From: Marinifilaceae bacterium
Lineage (GTDB): Bacteria; Bacteroidota; Bacteroidia; Bacteroidales; Marinifilaceae
Length of the DNA stretch: 64,000 nt
Assembly (NCBI GenBank): GCA_025210485.1
Contig: JAOARN010000132.1
Span: 382 to 64,381, forward strand
Direction of reading: 5' to 3'
This document shows, piece by piece, positions 41,345 through 52,299 of this stretch. Positions within the stretch are counted from its first letter, which is position 1. Each line of letters starts with the position of its first letter. Made by a program: the position numbers and the translations under genes. A model generated the notes under the pieces. The model saw only the letters and a program-made list of their open reading frames with translations. It did no database searches and had not been told where the DNA came from.

Positions 41345-42637
41345 ATGATTGGAAGGTATTTGTTATTAATAATATTATTAAGCATATCCCAACTTAGTTT
41401 TTCCCAGTTTGAATTTAGTGGCGAGATACGTCCTCGAATGGAATTAAGGAATGGATATAGAACTCCTTTAGATATTGATAAGGACGGTACATCATTTATA
41501 TCTCAAAGGAACAGATTGAATTTTTATAGTAGTTCCAAAAAATATTCTTTGATGTTGCGAGCTCAGAATTTTTTGGTTTGGGGAGGAAATGATGGAATAA
41601 CTGAATCGAGTAATGAAGAGATAAGTTTTCATGAAGCCTGGATTGAGTTCAATATCAACAGGAAGATTAAGTTGAAAATAGGTAGACAGGAGTTAGTTTA
41701 TGATGATTCTCGTATACTAGGAAATTTGGATTGGTCACAGAAAGCAAGTAGTCATGATCTATTTTTATTGAAAATGAAACTTAAAAGTGGCATCGAATGT
41801 CACTTAGGGGGAGCATTGAATAGTGATTCAGAAAATGATTCGGAAAAGCCATATAAGCTTGATAGATATAAGTATTTACAATATTTATGGCTGCATAAAA
41901 AGGATATGAAATATTATATTAGTTTATTGTTTATGAATACTGGATTTTCTACTTCGGATAATCCAAATATGGAGAAAATAAACTATTCTCAAACTTTTGG
42001 TTTTCATAGTCATTATTTTGTGAATAATGACTTTTTTGTAAATCTATCAGCTTATTCCCAAATAGGTAAAGATGTTAAAAATCATAGTATTGAATCGTAT
42101 TTGCTTAGTTTAGAGGCAAGATATAAACCAAATAGGAATTTAGGGTTTAAGCTTGGAGCACAGATGATAACTGGGAATGATTCAATTATTGGAGTCGAAA
42201 ATACAAAAAGCACAAATAAAGCTTTTAATCCTTATTTTGGAAGTAATCATGAGTTTTATGGTCATATGGATTATTTTTTTAACAAGAATCACTATAATTC
42301 ACTCGGACTTTATGATTATTATATAGCTGTTAATTTTAAGAGGCAAAAATTAAATAGTGAATTAGAGATTCATTTTTTTCATTCGTTCGGTAAAATTAAG
42401 AGTTATGAGGGTTTATATTGGGCTAATTATAATAGGGAACTGGGTTATGAATTAGATTTAAGTTTAAAGTATAATTTTAATCTAAAATATAGCCTTAATT
42501 TTGGAGCGAGTTGGTTTTTCGAGACTACAAGTTTTAGAAAATTAAAAAATATTGATTTTATGGATTCCTATCAATCATATTATTATGTGATGTTGAGCTT
42601 AACACCTCAATTTAGCTTTAGAAAATCGAACTATTGA
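41345..42637 (+). CDS. outer-membrane beta-barrel porin (alginate-export-like family)
   Basis: 430 aa. Signal peptide. N-terminal GEIRPRMELRNGY motif, alternating aromatic beta-strand pattern, C-terminal aromatic-rich strand. Confidence 0.65.
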   Translation: MIGRYLLLIILLSISQLSFSQFEFSGEIRPRMELRNGYRTPLDIDKDGTSFISQRNRLNFYSSSKKYSLMLRAQNFLVWGGNDGITESSNEEISFHEAWIEFNINRKIKLKIGRQELVYDDSRILGNLDWSQKASSHDLFLLKMKLKSGIECHLGGALNSDSENDSEKPYKLDRYKYLQYLWLHKKDMKYYISLLFMNTGFSTSDNPNMEKINYSQTFGFHSHYFVNNDFFVNLSAYSQIGKDVKNHSIESYLLSLEARYKPNRNLGFKLGAQMITGNDSIIGVENTKSTNKAFNPYFGSNHEFYGHMDYFFNKNHYNSLGLYDYYIAVNFKRQKLNSELEIHFFHSFGKIKSYEGLYWANYNRELGYELDLSLKYNFNLKYSLNFGASWFFETTSFRKLKNIDFMDSYQSYYYVMLSLTPQFSFRKSNY

Positions 42638-42733
42638 TTATAACAGAAAATAAAATTGTGAAATGTATCATTATTAAAGTCTTAAACTGATTATTAAATT
42701 GTTTAATTTAGAGTAGATAATGATTTCTAGCTT

Positions 42734-42776
42734 AAAAAAAAGGACTTATCAACAATTTGTTAATAAGTCCTTTTTT
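42734..42776. terminator. bidirectional terminator between convergent genes
   Basis: A7-AGGACTTAT ... ATAAGTCCT-T6. Confidence 0.7.
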
Positions 42777-42783
42777 GTATTAA

Positions 42784-44082
42784 TTACTTACAATAATAAT
42801 TAATTATTTTCTCTATAGATTTTTGGCAAACGGGACAAAATATACGTGTCGATGTAGATTTCATATTGCAGTTTTGATATGGAGAATATATTCCTTTTGC
42901 TAGATATCCCCCACCCTCGAAAGCTCCAACTTTTGATTTGTTTTCAGGAGTTCGAACTGTAGGTATTTTTGTGTTTTTATTAATCATATTTTTCCATTTG
43001 GACTCAAAATTTACCATTGTAGTAATATTTGGCTCCCAGGGTTCAACTTTTAGATTATAAAAATCATTATAAGCTACACTTGAATTATAGTATTCATCTG
43101 CCAAACCTGCTAGTCCATGACCTAATTCATGGGTTGCAACTTCTTGTGTTTTATAATTATCAGAAGAGCATGAAGTATAATAGTTATAGAAACCACCCCC
43201 ACCATATTTATCTGTATTGATTAGTACGTAAATGTGGTCATATGGTACATTAGAGGCATAGTCTGCCATTGATTTGAGATCAAAACTTGTTAAGTATCTT
43301 TCTACATCAAATGTATAGAAGGTGAAATTAGTAGCTGTATTTTTATAAATATTTTTGCCTGGAATATCTGTGCCTGATTCTGTTGAAGTAGATTTTATAG
43401 CATAGATATTGAAATCTTTTTTTCGAGATTTGAATGGTTCTGCTTCAAAGATGTAAGATGATACTCTTTTAACATCCTTAATGAATTTATCCATTTCCTT
43501 TTCTGTATATCCTTCTGCTATGAAGGCAATATCAACAGCTTTATTAGGATTTTTGTTACCTGATATTTTTATATATTCTGCTTTTAGGGGCGCCTCTTTT
43601 CTGATAAAATAATCTTTGGGATCAATAGTAGTTTCAAATATTGGAATTCTATTACCTTCCCAATTTAGTGACTTAACTACAAATTTTACTTTCTTTTTAG
43701 GGAATGGACAAATATTGACAGTGTAGAAAGCTTTTTCTTGAGTTTTTGCCTCATTCGTACTTTGCCATTCTTCGAAAAGAGAATTGAAACCTCTGCTAAA
43801 TATTAATTTATTTGTTGAAATATCATATAATTCATACGAAAAATTCCCATAATTAAAATTATCAATAAGGCTATTGTGATTTCCACTCCAATGTTTTTCT
43901 TGTTTTAGTTCTTGTAGAATAACTTTTTCGCTTTTATTATTACCAGATAGGTAATAGTCAATTCTAAGGGTTTTGTTTTCGAAAAAATCATCGAATTTTA
44001 TATTCGTATTTTGCGCATAGATTTTAGGTGATATCCATATCAAAAAACAAAAAAGGATGGATTTTAATACAATTTTTTTCAT
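42784..44082 (-). CDS. M64-family (IgA-peptidase-like) zinc metalloprotease
   Basis: 432 aa. Signal peptide. HELGHGLAGLADEY zinc motif. C-terminal CPVC. Confidence 0.85.
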   Translation of the reverse strand: MKKIVLKSILFCFLIWISPKIYAQNTNIKFDDFFENKTLRIDYYLSGNNKSEKVILQELKQEKHWSGNHNSLIDNFNYGNFSYELYDISTNKLIFSRGFNSLFEEWQSTNEAKTQEKAFYTVNICPFPKKKVKFVVKSLNWEGNRIPIFETTIDPKDYFIRKEAPLKAEYIKISGNKNPNKAVDIAFIAEGYTEKEMDKFIKDVKRVSSYIFEAEPFKSRKKDFNIYAIKSTSTESGTDIPGKNIYKNTATNFTFYTFDVERYLTSFDLKSMADYASNVPYDHIYVLINTDKYGGGGFYNYYTSCSSDNYKTQEVATHELGHGLAGLADEYYNSSVAYNDFYNLKVEPWEPNITTMVNFESKWKNMINKNTKIPTVRTPENKSKVGAFEGGGYLAKGIYSPYQNCNMKSTSTRIFCPVCQKSIEKIINYYCK

Positions 44083-44152
44083 GAAATTGAGATTTAGTTT
44101 TATGGTTTTATCTAAATGGTATGTTTAGTTGATTCGGTTAAGATGTTTGATT

Positions 44153-44869
44153 TTAAGGTATTTTAATTCGATATTTCTTCTCACAGATATAGATATTTCT
44201 ATCTTGGGTTTCGTATTTGGCAACTATATTAATGATAGTATCTAAATTCTTATTAAAATAGAATTGTTTTCTAGCCACCCCGTTAATTGTTTTTAGAGCT
44301 TTGGCTTTGTAAGGAATATATTTGTTATTAAGAAGGTCGGTTATGTAGAATGCTACTTTTTTAGAATAGTTTGAAAGTTGTAATTTTATTTTCACAGATT
44401 TATGGGTTGTAAATTGTTCTACTTTAATTTCAGGATAATTTGTTCTGATTTTACCATTCAATTTGTATTCTATTAGTCCCTTTCCAGGGCTACCTTTTTT
44501 ATAGTCTACTTCAGACCATATTTTTCCAGATTTGTAAAACCTCTTCTGAGTCCCGTCTTTATTACCATGAATATAATTATTTCGGTTATACAATTCTCCT
44601 GAAGGATAGAATTTCTTTGCAATTCCATTTTTAAGATTATTTTCATAAATAACGAGGTCACTTAGCCTACCACTTTGATAGTATATCTTTGAAATACCGT
44701 TTTTCATACCATCAACCATTTCGGCTTCATGAATTAATATATTTCGGTCATTATACTCTCTGAATACTGATATTCCATTTTCTTTTTTTGTAATTTGCGA
44801 ATTATGATTCTTTTTACTAGGAAAACAGGATAGGCATATGCATATAAATATAAAAGAAAAATACTTCAT
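44153..44869 (-). CDS. MORN-variant repeat lipoprotein (YwqK-like)
   Basis: 238 aa. Lipobox. Repeated G.....YY.SG.L units (GISKIYYQSGRL, GIAKKFYPSGEL, GTQKRFYKSGKI). Confidence 0.7.
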   Translation of the reverse strand: MKYFSFIFICICLSCFPSKKNHNSQITKKENGISVFREYNDRNILIHEAEMVDGMKNGISKIYYQSGRLSDLVIYENNLKNGIAKKFYPSGELYNRNNYIHGNKDGTQKRFYKSGKIWSEVDYKKGSPGKGLIEYKLNGKIRTNYPEIKVEQFTTHKSVKIKLQLSNYSKKVAFYITDLLNNKYIPYKAKALKTINGVARKQFYFNKNLDTIINIVAKYETQDRNIYICEKKYRIKIP

Positions 44870-45010
44870 TTAAATTCGTTTAGGTTTGGGTCTTAACTTG
44901 AATCAAAGAGAGTAGTAGGAATAAACTTCTATTGATGTTCAATCCTTTAAATTTAAATTATTTATTTATATAATAAAATAATATATTAAAATATTATGAA
45001 AAATTAGTGT

Positions 45011-45046
45011 AAAAAAAAACCAAACTGAAATTTCAGTTTGGTTTTT
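45011..45046 (-). terminator. rho-independent terminator after infB
   Basis: Minus-sense CCAAACTGAAA/TTTCAGTTTGG followed by T9. Confidence 0.75.
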
Positions 45047-45067
45047 CTGTATATTATATGATTTCTA

Positions 45068-48000
45068 TTAAGAAAGTTTTTTCTTAACTTCAACTTCTTC
45101 ATATGCTTCAACGATATCACCAATTTTAATATCATTGTATTTTTCAATATTAAGACCACATTCGTATCCTTTAACAACTTCTTTAGCATCATCTTTGAAA
45201 CGTTTCAATGAGCCTAGTTCACCTGTATAGATTACGATACCATCTCTAATAAGTCTAACTTTGGATGTACGTTTGATTTTTCCTTCCTTAACCATACAAC
45301 CAGCAATAGTTCCAACTTTGCTAATTTTGAATATTTCACGAACTTCAACGGTTGCTGTGATTTCTTCTTTGATTTCAGGAGCAAGCATACCTTCCATTGC
45401 AGATTTAAGCTCTTCAATAGCATCGTATATAATAGAATAAAGTCTGATATCTATTTCTTCATTTTCAGCAAGTTTACGAGCTCCAACCGAAGGACGAACT
45501 TGGAAACCAACGATAATTGCATTCGAAGCAGTTGCTAACATAACGTCTGATTCAGAAATCTGACCTACAGCTTTATGAATAACGTTAACCTGAATCTCCT
45601 CAGTCGAAAGTTTGATAAGAGAATCAGATAATGCTTCGATAGATCCATCCACATCACCTTTAACAATTACATTTAATTCTTGGAAATTACCAATTGCAAT
45701 ACGACGGCCGATTTCATCAAGAGTGATATGTTTCTGAGTTCTAAGTCCTTGTTCACGTTGTAATTGTTCTCGTTTGTTGGCAATACCTCTAGCTTCACGT
45801 TCATTTTCCATGATATTGAAGTTATCACCGGCTTGAGGCGCACCATTCAAACCTAAAATTAATGCAGGTTCAGAAGGTCCAACTTTATCAATTTTAACAT
45901 TTCTCTCGTTGAACATTGCTTTAACGTGACCAGTGTAGCTACCAGCAAGAAGGAAGTCTCCAACTTTTAGTGTACCAGCCTGAACAAGTACAGTAGAAAC
46001 ATATCCACGACCCTTGTCAAGAGAAGATTCGATTACAGAACCAATAGCTCTTTTGTCTGGATTTGCTTTAAGTTCAAGCATTTCAGCTTCAAGAAGCACT
46101 TTTTCAAGAAGGTCTTCAATATTAATACCATTTTTAGCTGATATTTCTTGACATTGATATTTACCACCCCAATCTTCAACTAGGTAGTTCATATTAGCAA
46201 GTTCTCCTTTAATTTTTTCAGGATCAGCACCTGGTTTGTCAATTTTATTTATTGCAAAAACGATTGGAACACCAGCAGCACTTGCGTGGTTGATAGCTTC
46301 AATAGTTTGAGGCATCACGTTGTCATCAGCAGCAACAATAATAATTGCGATATCTGTAACTTGAGCACCACGAGCACGCATAGCAGTAAATGCCTCGTGA
46401 CCAGGAGTATCAAGGAATGTTATTTTTCTACCATCTTCAAGAGAAACATTGTATGCACCGATATGCTGAGTAATACCACCAGCTTCACCAGCAATTACAT
46501 TAGCACGGCGAATATGGTCAAGAAGTGAAGTTTTACCGTGGTCAACGTGTCCCATCACAGTAACGATAGGTGGACGTTCGTGTAAATCTTCTTCTTTATC
46601 TTCTTCTACCTCAATAGATTCTTGGAGTTCAACACTTACAAATTCAGCTTTAAAACCAAATTCTTCAGCAACAATAGCGATAGTTTCAGCATCAAGACGT
46701 TGGTTGATAGATACAAAAAGACCTAATCCCATACATGTACCAATAATGTCAGTAACAGGTACCTCCATCATAGTAGCAAGTTCATTAACAGTTACGAATT
46801 CTGTTAATTGTAGAACATTCTTTGTTGCTTCGATTTGTTCCTCACGCTCCATTGCTTTGGCAGAAGCGATTTCTCTTTTTTCTTTTCTGTGCTTAGCACC
46901 TTTAGATTTTCCGCCTTTAGAAGTAAGTCTAGCTAAAGTGTCCTTTATTTGTTTTTGAACATCTTCTTCGCTAACCTCTTTCTTAACGTTCTTTTTCTTT
47001 TTAAGTTTTTTAAACTTATTTCTATCTTGATTTTGACCTTGGTTATTGTTGTTTTTATTTCGGCCTCTATTGTTTTTGTTTCCTTGTTGGTTGTTATCGT
47101 TGTTGTTACCTTTCGAAGCGTTAATATTTACTTTTTCGCCATCTTTTTTGATGCGTTTACGCTTTGTTTTATTTTTATTTGTTGAGCCTTTTTTCTCAAC
47201 AGGTAATTCGATTTTACCAACTACAGTAGGTCCAGATAATTTCTGAGTAGAAGATTTGAATACTTCATCTTTACTTTCCGATTTAGAAGTATTTTGAGTA
47301 TTAGGTTTCTTCGGAGTTTTATCTTTCGAAGAACCTTTATCATCATTTCTTTTACGGTTATTATCTGCTTTATGGGAAGCTGGCTTTCTAGACATTTTCT
47401 TTTCCTTTCTCTCCGCTTCTTTCTCAGCTTTTGTCTTTTTCTTTGGTCTGGTTTTCTGATTTAGTGCATCTAAATCAATTTTTCCAACAACTTTTAATTC
47501 CTCAGAACCATCTTTCAGCTTCTCATCTTTTTTCTCAGGCATGTCTGAACTTAATTTAATTTCTGGTTTAGCACCTGTATTTCCTCCTGCTGTATGCATA
47601 TCTTTATTCTCTTCGCCCTTTGTTTCCTTTGTCTTTTTTGTAGACTTAGGACTAACTTTCTCAGAATTTTCAGTTTTGGGTTTTTCAACTTTTTCTGATT
47701 TAGTTTTAGGCTTATTTTCTATTTTTCCCGTATTTGGATTATTATCTACTGTATTTTCAGGTTTAGATTTTTCATTTGGTTGCTCTAAATCTATTTTACC
47801 TACAACTTTTAGCTTTGATTTAGGAGGCGCTGTTTTTTCAGCAGAACTATCAGATTTAGTTTTTTCTTTATCTGATTTTTCGTTTGGTTTTTCACTTGTT
47901 TCATCTTTTTCGATAGAAACCACCTCTTTTTTCTCTCTAGCGCTTTTAAAGCTAACTTTTTCCGACTCCTTTTTAAGATGATAATCAGAACTATATTCCT

Positions 48001-48157
48001 TAGCCAATATATCATAAGCCTCTCCTGAGACCTTGGTATTTGGGTTAGAATCCATTTGAATTCCTTTTTTATTAAGGAATTCAACTATTGTAGAGATACC
48101 TACGTTAAATTCTCTTGCTAACTTACTAAGTCTTATGTTCTTGTTGAGTTTTCCCAT
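45068..48157 (-). CDS. infB: translation initiation factor IF-2
   Basis: 1029 aa. G-domain [24 protein letters not shown]. Long K/E/N-rich N-terminal region. Confidence 0.97.
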   Translation of the reverse strand: MGKLNKNIRLSKLAREFNVGISTIVEFLNKKGIQMDSNPNTKVSGEAYDILAKEYSSDYHLKKESEKVSFKSAREKKEVVSIEKDETSEKPNEKSDKEKTKSDSSAEKTAPPKSKLKVVGKIDLEQPNEKSKPENTVDNNPNTGKIENKPKTKSEKVEKPKTENSEKVSPKSTKKTKETKGEENKDMHTAGGNTGAKPEIKLSSDMPEKKDEKLKDGSEELKVVGKIDLDALNQKTRPKKKTKAEKEAERKEKKMSRKPASHKADNNRKRNDDKGSSKDKTPKKPNTQNTSKSESKDEVFKSSTQKLSGPTVVGKIELPVEKKGSTNKNKTKRKRIKKDGEKVNINASKGNNNDNNQQGNKNNRGRNKNNNNQGQNQDRNKFKKLKKKKNVKKEVSEEDVQKQIKDTLARLTSKGGKSKGAKHRKEKREIASAKAMEREEQIEATKNVLQLTEFVTVNELATMMEVPVTDIIGTCMGLGLFVSINQRLDAETIAIVAEEFGFKAEFVSVELQESIEVEEDKEEDLHERPPIVTVMGHVDHGKTSLLDHIRRANVIAGEAGGITQHIGAYNVSLEDGRKITFLDTPGHEAFTAMRARGAQVTDIAIIIVAADDNVMPQTIEAINHASAAGVPIVFAINKIDKPGADPEKIKGELANMNYLVEDWGGKYQCQEISAKNGINIEDLLEKVLLEAEMLELKANPDKRAIGSVIESSLDKGRGYVSTVLVQAGTLKVGDFLLAGSYTGHVKAMFNERNVKIDKVGPSEPALILGLNGAPQAGDNFNIMENEREARGIANKREQLQREQGLRTQKHITLDEIGRRIAIGNFQELNVIVKGDVDGSIEALSDSLIKLSTEEIQVNVIHKAVGQISESDVMLATASNAIIVGFQVRPSVGARKLAENEEIDIRLYSIIYDAIEELKSAMEGMLAPEIKEEITATVEVREIFKISKVGTIAGCMVKEGKIKRTSKVRLIRDGIVIYTGELGSLKRFKDDAKEVVKGYECGLNIEKYNDIKIGDIVEAYEEVEVKKKLS

Positions 48158-48344
48158 ATTGTAAACTTAACTATTAAAACACCACCCGAGCCCTTAAGCT
48201 ATACTAAACCATGTTATTTCATAAACTAATTAAATTCTTTGTTTCATAATTAATTTATTATTTTGGTTTCATTGTTGAACAGCATAACTATAAATTTCAA
48301 GCAGTAGTACCATTAATTATATGCATTTCCAAATTTGTATAAAA

Positions 48345-49571
48345 TTATTCAAATTCGGATTTAAATATATTCAAAATCTCATTGATTGTTTCAACTTCGA
48401 GATCTGTACGCTTTTCAAGATCTTCAACAGATAATTCCAATACGCTTCGGGCTGTATCACAGCCTATCTTCTTAAGTTCATCAATTATCCATCCTTCAAT
48501 CTCATCAGTAAATTCAGAAAGATTCACATCTTCTTCACCTTCTGGTTTTTCGCGATAAACATCAATTTCGTAGCCTGTTAATTGGCTTGCAAGTTTTATA
48601 TTTTGACCTCCTTTACCAATTGCTAACGAAACTTCTTCTGGTTTAAGGTAAACATCAGCTTTACCTTCTTCGTCACGAACCTCAATAGAGCTAATTTTAG
48701 CTGGATTTAAAGCTCGTGTTATATATAATTGAACATTCGAGGTAAAGTTAATTACATCGATATTTTCATTTTTTAATTCTCTTACTATACCATGAATTCT
48801 AGAGCCTTTCATACCTACACATGCACCCACTGGGTCTATTCTTTCATCGTAAGATTCAACTGCTACTTTAGCTCTTTCTCCTGGAGAGCGAACAATTTTT
48901 TTGATTGTTATTACTCCATCAAAAATTTCAGGTACTTCTAGTTCGAATAATCTTTCTAGGAATACAGGAGATGTTCTAGATACAATAATTAAAGGACTGT
49001 TATTTTTAACTTCTACTCTAATAACTACTGCTCTAACTGTTTCTCCTTTTCTGAAGAAATCAGATGGAATTTGCTCATTTTTAGGCATGATTAGCTCATT
49101 GCCTTCATCATCAAGCAATAAGATTTCTTTTTTCCAGATTTGGTAAACTTCACCTAGGACTATTTCACCTATTTTATCCTTATAATTGTTATAAATATTA
49201 TCTTTTTCTAATTCAAGAATTCTGGAAGCTAAATTCTGACGTAATGTTAAGATTGATCTTCTTCCGAAATCCAAGAATTTAACCTCGTCAGTAACCTCTT
49301 CGCCTACTTCATAGTCATCATCTATTTGTTTGGCTTCACTTAGAGGTATTTGTAGATTTTTATCTTCAAGGTCTTCATCGCGTACAACTTCTCTATTTCT
49401 CCATATTTCTAAGTCTCCTTTGTCAGGATTGATAATTATATCGAAATTTTCGTCAGTACCATAATTCTTAAGAAGCAAGTTTCTGAAAACATCTTCTAGA
49501 ACGCTCATCATGGTTGCGCGATCAATGTTTTTTAATTCCTTAAATTCTGAAAAAGTATCTATAAGATTCAT
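48345..49571 (-). CDS. nusA: transcription termination/antitermination factor NusA
   Basis: 408 aa. N-terminal domain, S1 and two KH domains (GACVGMKGSRI, AIGKGGQNI). Confidence 0.95.
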   Translation of the reverse strand: MNLIDTFSEFKELKNIDRATMMSVLEDVFRNLLLKNYGTDENFDIIINPDKGDLEIWRNREVVRDEDLEDKNLQIPLSEAKQIDDDYEVGEEVTDEVKFLDFGRRSILTLRQNLASRILELEKDNIYNNYKDKIGEIVLGEVYQIWKKEILLLDDEGNELIMPKNEQIPSDFFRKGETVRAVVIRVEVKNNSPLIIVSRTSPVFLERLFELEVPEIFDGVITIKKIVRSPGERAKVAVESYDERIDPVGACVGMKGSRIHGIVRELKNENIDVINFTSNVQLYITRALNPAKISSIEVRDEEGKADVYLKPEEVSLAIGKGGQNIKLASQLTGYEIDVYREKPEGEEDVNLSEFTDEIEGWIIDELKKIGCDTARSVLELSVEDLEKRTDLEVETINEILNIFKSEFE

Positions 49572-49612
49572 AAGAATATTTTTTTCTATTTTGTTTCTTT
49601 GTGTAATGACAC

Positions 49613-50080
49613 TTAGAAAACAATTATGTCTTTTATTTCTTTTATTTCCTCGAATTTGAATTCCAACTCTTTTCTTATCAGCTCTTTTCTTTTCTTGCCT
49701 TCGAGTTTTATTTTTTCTTCAAATTCTATTTTTATACCTACTTGGTCATCAACCTCTACCAGTTCTCCTTTGTACTTTTTTCCATCGGCACTAAGAATTT
49801 CAACTTGCTTGTTCAGGTTTTTATGGTATTGTTGGATAACTTTAAATGATTGTCCAATCCCGGCTGAAGCAACTTCTAGTTTGAAATCTTCTACTTCTCT
49901 ATCTAGATGTGATTCTATTTTTCTGCTAATTTCTGCACAAGTTCCGATATTAACACCTTGCATACTATCGATAGAAATTGAAATATCATTGCTTGTTGAT
50001 ACTTTTATATCTACTAGATATAGCTCTGTATCTTTAAGAATGTTTTCTGTTATTTCTTTAAGCGTATTTCTTTCAATCAT
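49613..50080 (-). CDS. rimP: ribosome maturation factor RimP
   Basis: 155 aa. Conserved position upstream of nusA. LEVASAGIGQ motif. Confidence 0.85.
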   Translation of the reverse strand: MIERNTLKEITENILKDTELYLVDIKVSTSNDISISIDSMQGVNIGTCAEISRKIESHLDREVEDFKLEVASAGIGQSFKVIQQYHKNLNKQVEILSADGKKYKGELVEVDDQVGIKIEFEEKIKLEGKKRKELIRKELEFKFEEIKEIKDIIVF

Positions 50081-50088
50081 AAATCATT

Positions 50089-50122
50089 TTATTTCAATAA
50101 AATAGGGGACTGAATGTCCCCT
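50089..50122 (-). promoter_or_regulatory. terminator-like hairpin inside the rimP-nusA-infB leader (possible attenuator)
   Basis: Minus-sense AGGGGAC-ATTCA-GTCCCCT followed by ATTTTATT. It ends about 20 nt before the rimP ATG. Confidence 0.4.
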
Positions 50123-50436
50123 AATAATTGCCGTCCGCTTGCTTTTCGTTGCAAAAGTAATGATAATAGTTTAAAAAACAAAATATCCAATTCTAAATAA
50201 TTGGATTCTAATAATTAAAGAATTTATCATTTTTGTATTATTGGCTTTTAATTCATTATGTTTTTTAAAATTTTATTGTCAGTTGTTTTTAGTTTTTTCT
50301 ATTGGATGTATTTTTATGTAACTCATCGTTATAGTTGTTTTATATTTTAGAGGCTGATTATTTCTTGTGTTCTAAATTTTAAGATAAATTTGTAGTATTA
50401 TTGTTAAATTATTAATTGGTAAAAAAAAGAACATAG

Positions 50437-50952
50437 ATGAGTGCTATTGATGTAATTATTGTTATTCCGCTAGTTTGGTTTTTATATAAGGGGTTTTCGA
50501 ATGGTTTGATTATTGAATTGACAAAGTTATCTGCTTTGATACTGGGTATTTTTGGAGCTATAAATTTTTCTGATTATACAGCTGATGTTCTTATGTCTCG
50601 CTTCGAGTTTAATCCTCAATATATTGGAGTTGTATCTTTTGCAATTACATTTATAGGTATAATTATCCTTGTCCATTTTGCAGGTAAGGCTTTAGATAAA
50701 ATGATTGATGCAGTGGCTTTAGGTACCTTAAACCGATTGTTGGGAATGATGTTTGGTCTGCTAAAAGCTGTGTTGATAGTTAGTATGATAGTCTATTTTT
50801 TTGATAGTATAAATACTAAATTTGATATGGTTTCTGTTGATTCGATACAAGGCAGTAGGCTTTTTAAGCCTATGTTGGAGGCTGCAAACAGAATATTTGA
50901 ATTTTTTAATTCTGAAAATCTATCTTCAAATATAATGAACTTAAGTAGTTAG
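50437..50952 (+). CDS. cvpA: CvpA-family membrane protein
   Basis: 171 aa with four predicted TM helices. N-terminal IDVIIVIPLVWFLYKGFSNG is typical of CvpA. Confidence 0.75.
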   Translation: MSAIDVIIVIPLVWFLYKGFSNGLIIELTKLSALILGIFGAINFSDYTADVLMSRFEFNPQYIGVVSFAITFIGIIILVHFAGKALDKMIDAVALGTLNRLLGMMFGLLKAVLIVSMIVYFFDSINTKFDMVSVDSIQGSRLFKPMLEAANRIFEFFNSENLSSNIMNLSS

Positions 50953-51026
50953 TTTTTTTGTTTTGATTGTAATCTGAATAATTAAAAAAGAGAAGAATCA
51001 TTTGTGTGATTCTTCTCTTTCTTTAT

Positions 51027-51917
51027 CTACTTAATGTTCTTCCGTGTGTATAACATATGTATAAGTCCATCACTTACACCTATTTTTGGCATATGTATAA
51101 TCTGAGATTTGGACCATTCCATTATGCTTAAAAATATTGTTAAGGCAGGAATAATTACATCTGCACGGTCAGGATTCATATCATAATTAAGGATTAGGTC
51201 ATCAGTAGAATATTGTTTTAGCTCCTCGGAAATGTTAACCAATTGATTGTAAGTTAATTTTCTGTCATTGTTTTGACATTTCATTTTAGCTATTTTATTG
51301 ATGTTTCCACCTGTGCCAATGATTTCAATTGATTTGCAAGGTGGTGCTATATCTAACAAACATTCTTTCAATCTTAAAAATTCGCCTTTAGGTACACAGT
51401 TTCCTACTAGTTTCAAAGTACCAATATTGAAGGATGCCGAAAACTCCACCTCTTTTTTTGAAAATAATGTTATTTCTGTACTGCCTCCACCTACATCTAC
51501 GTATAGGTAGTCTTTATCAGGACTTAATTCTTCTGCTATTTGACTGTTAAATATTATGCTAGCCTCTTCCTTACCTGAAATAGATTCTATTTTTATATCA
51601 GTTTCTTCGTATATCTCTTTAATGATTTTTTTGCCATTTTTAGCTTCCCTTAATGCAGAGGTAGCACATGCCATATAATTACTGACTTCGTGTATATTTA
51701 TCAGTATTTTAAAAGCTTTCATGGCTTCAGTTAGTTTATATTGCTTTTGTTTTGAAATTTCACCATGTATAAATGACTCAAGTCCTAATCTAATAGGAAC
51801 TCTTAGAAGGGAGCATTTTCTATAGAATACTTTATTTTTTGTCTCGTATACATTTGCAATTAGAAGTCTTATTGCATTTGATCCAATATCTATCGATGCG
51901 AATTTTGTTTTTTTCAT
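51027..51917 (-). CDS. Ppx/GppA-family phosphatase (short form)
   Basis: 296 aa. ASKHA-fold motifs IDIGSNAIRLLI and DVGGGSTE. Confidence 0.8.
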   Translation of the reverse strand: MKKTKFASIDIGSNAIRLLIANVYETKNKVFYRKCSLLRVPIRLGLESFIHGEISKQKQYKLTEAMKAFKILINIHEVSNYMACATSALREAKNGKKIIKEIYEETDIKIESISGKEEASIIFNSQIAEELSPDKDYLYVDVGGGSTEITLFSKKEVEFSASFNIGTLKLVGNCVPKGEFLRLKECLLDIAPPCKSIEIIGTGGNINKIAKMKCQNNDRKLTYNQLVNISEELKQYSTDDLILNYDMNPDRADVIIPALTIFLSIMEWSKSQIIHMPKIGVSDGLIHMLYTRKNIK

Positions 51918-52299
51918 AAGCGTAGCGTTTTAATTCGATCCTCGGACTATAAACTTGCAGAATATAGTCTATTTGAATAATGACAAATTGGATTTGTCTG
52001 TATTTTGATTTATTCAATAATTATTTAAATGAAAATAAATATAGAAGTCAGGTTTGGTATACGTAAATTAGAATAGAAATAGAAAATTTAATATTATCAA
52101 ACATGCCTTAAATACTACGATAAACTAATATCTGATTCTAGAATATATTTCAAATTACACTTTTTTTTCTAGGTTTGCAAAAAAAATATTTGATTAAAGA
52201 GCTTTCGGATATTTGTAGAAATAGATGTGCGAAATTATGATATTGTTAGCATGTTATGTTTATATGAACAATTGTTAAGTTTACTAAAATTAAGAGATT

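Noticed and set aside
46286-47981. Several 66-146-aa plus-strand ORFs antisense to infB (including 47541..47981). Similar antisense ORFs occur in cysS, pyrH, nusA, eno and the CoA-transferase gene
   Set aside because: All lie wholly inside well-supported genes on the opposite strand and encode low-complexity F/L/S-rich peptides.
49626-50105. 159-aa plus-strand ORF covering the whole of rimP in antisense
   Set aside because: It is an S/F/L-rich mirror image of a K/E-rich gene, a typical antisense artefact in AT-rich genomes. No start context or motif supports it.
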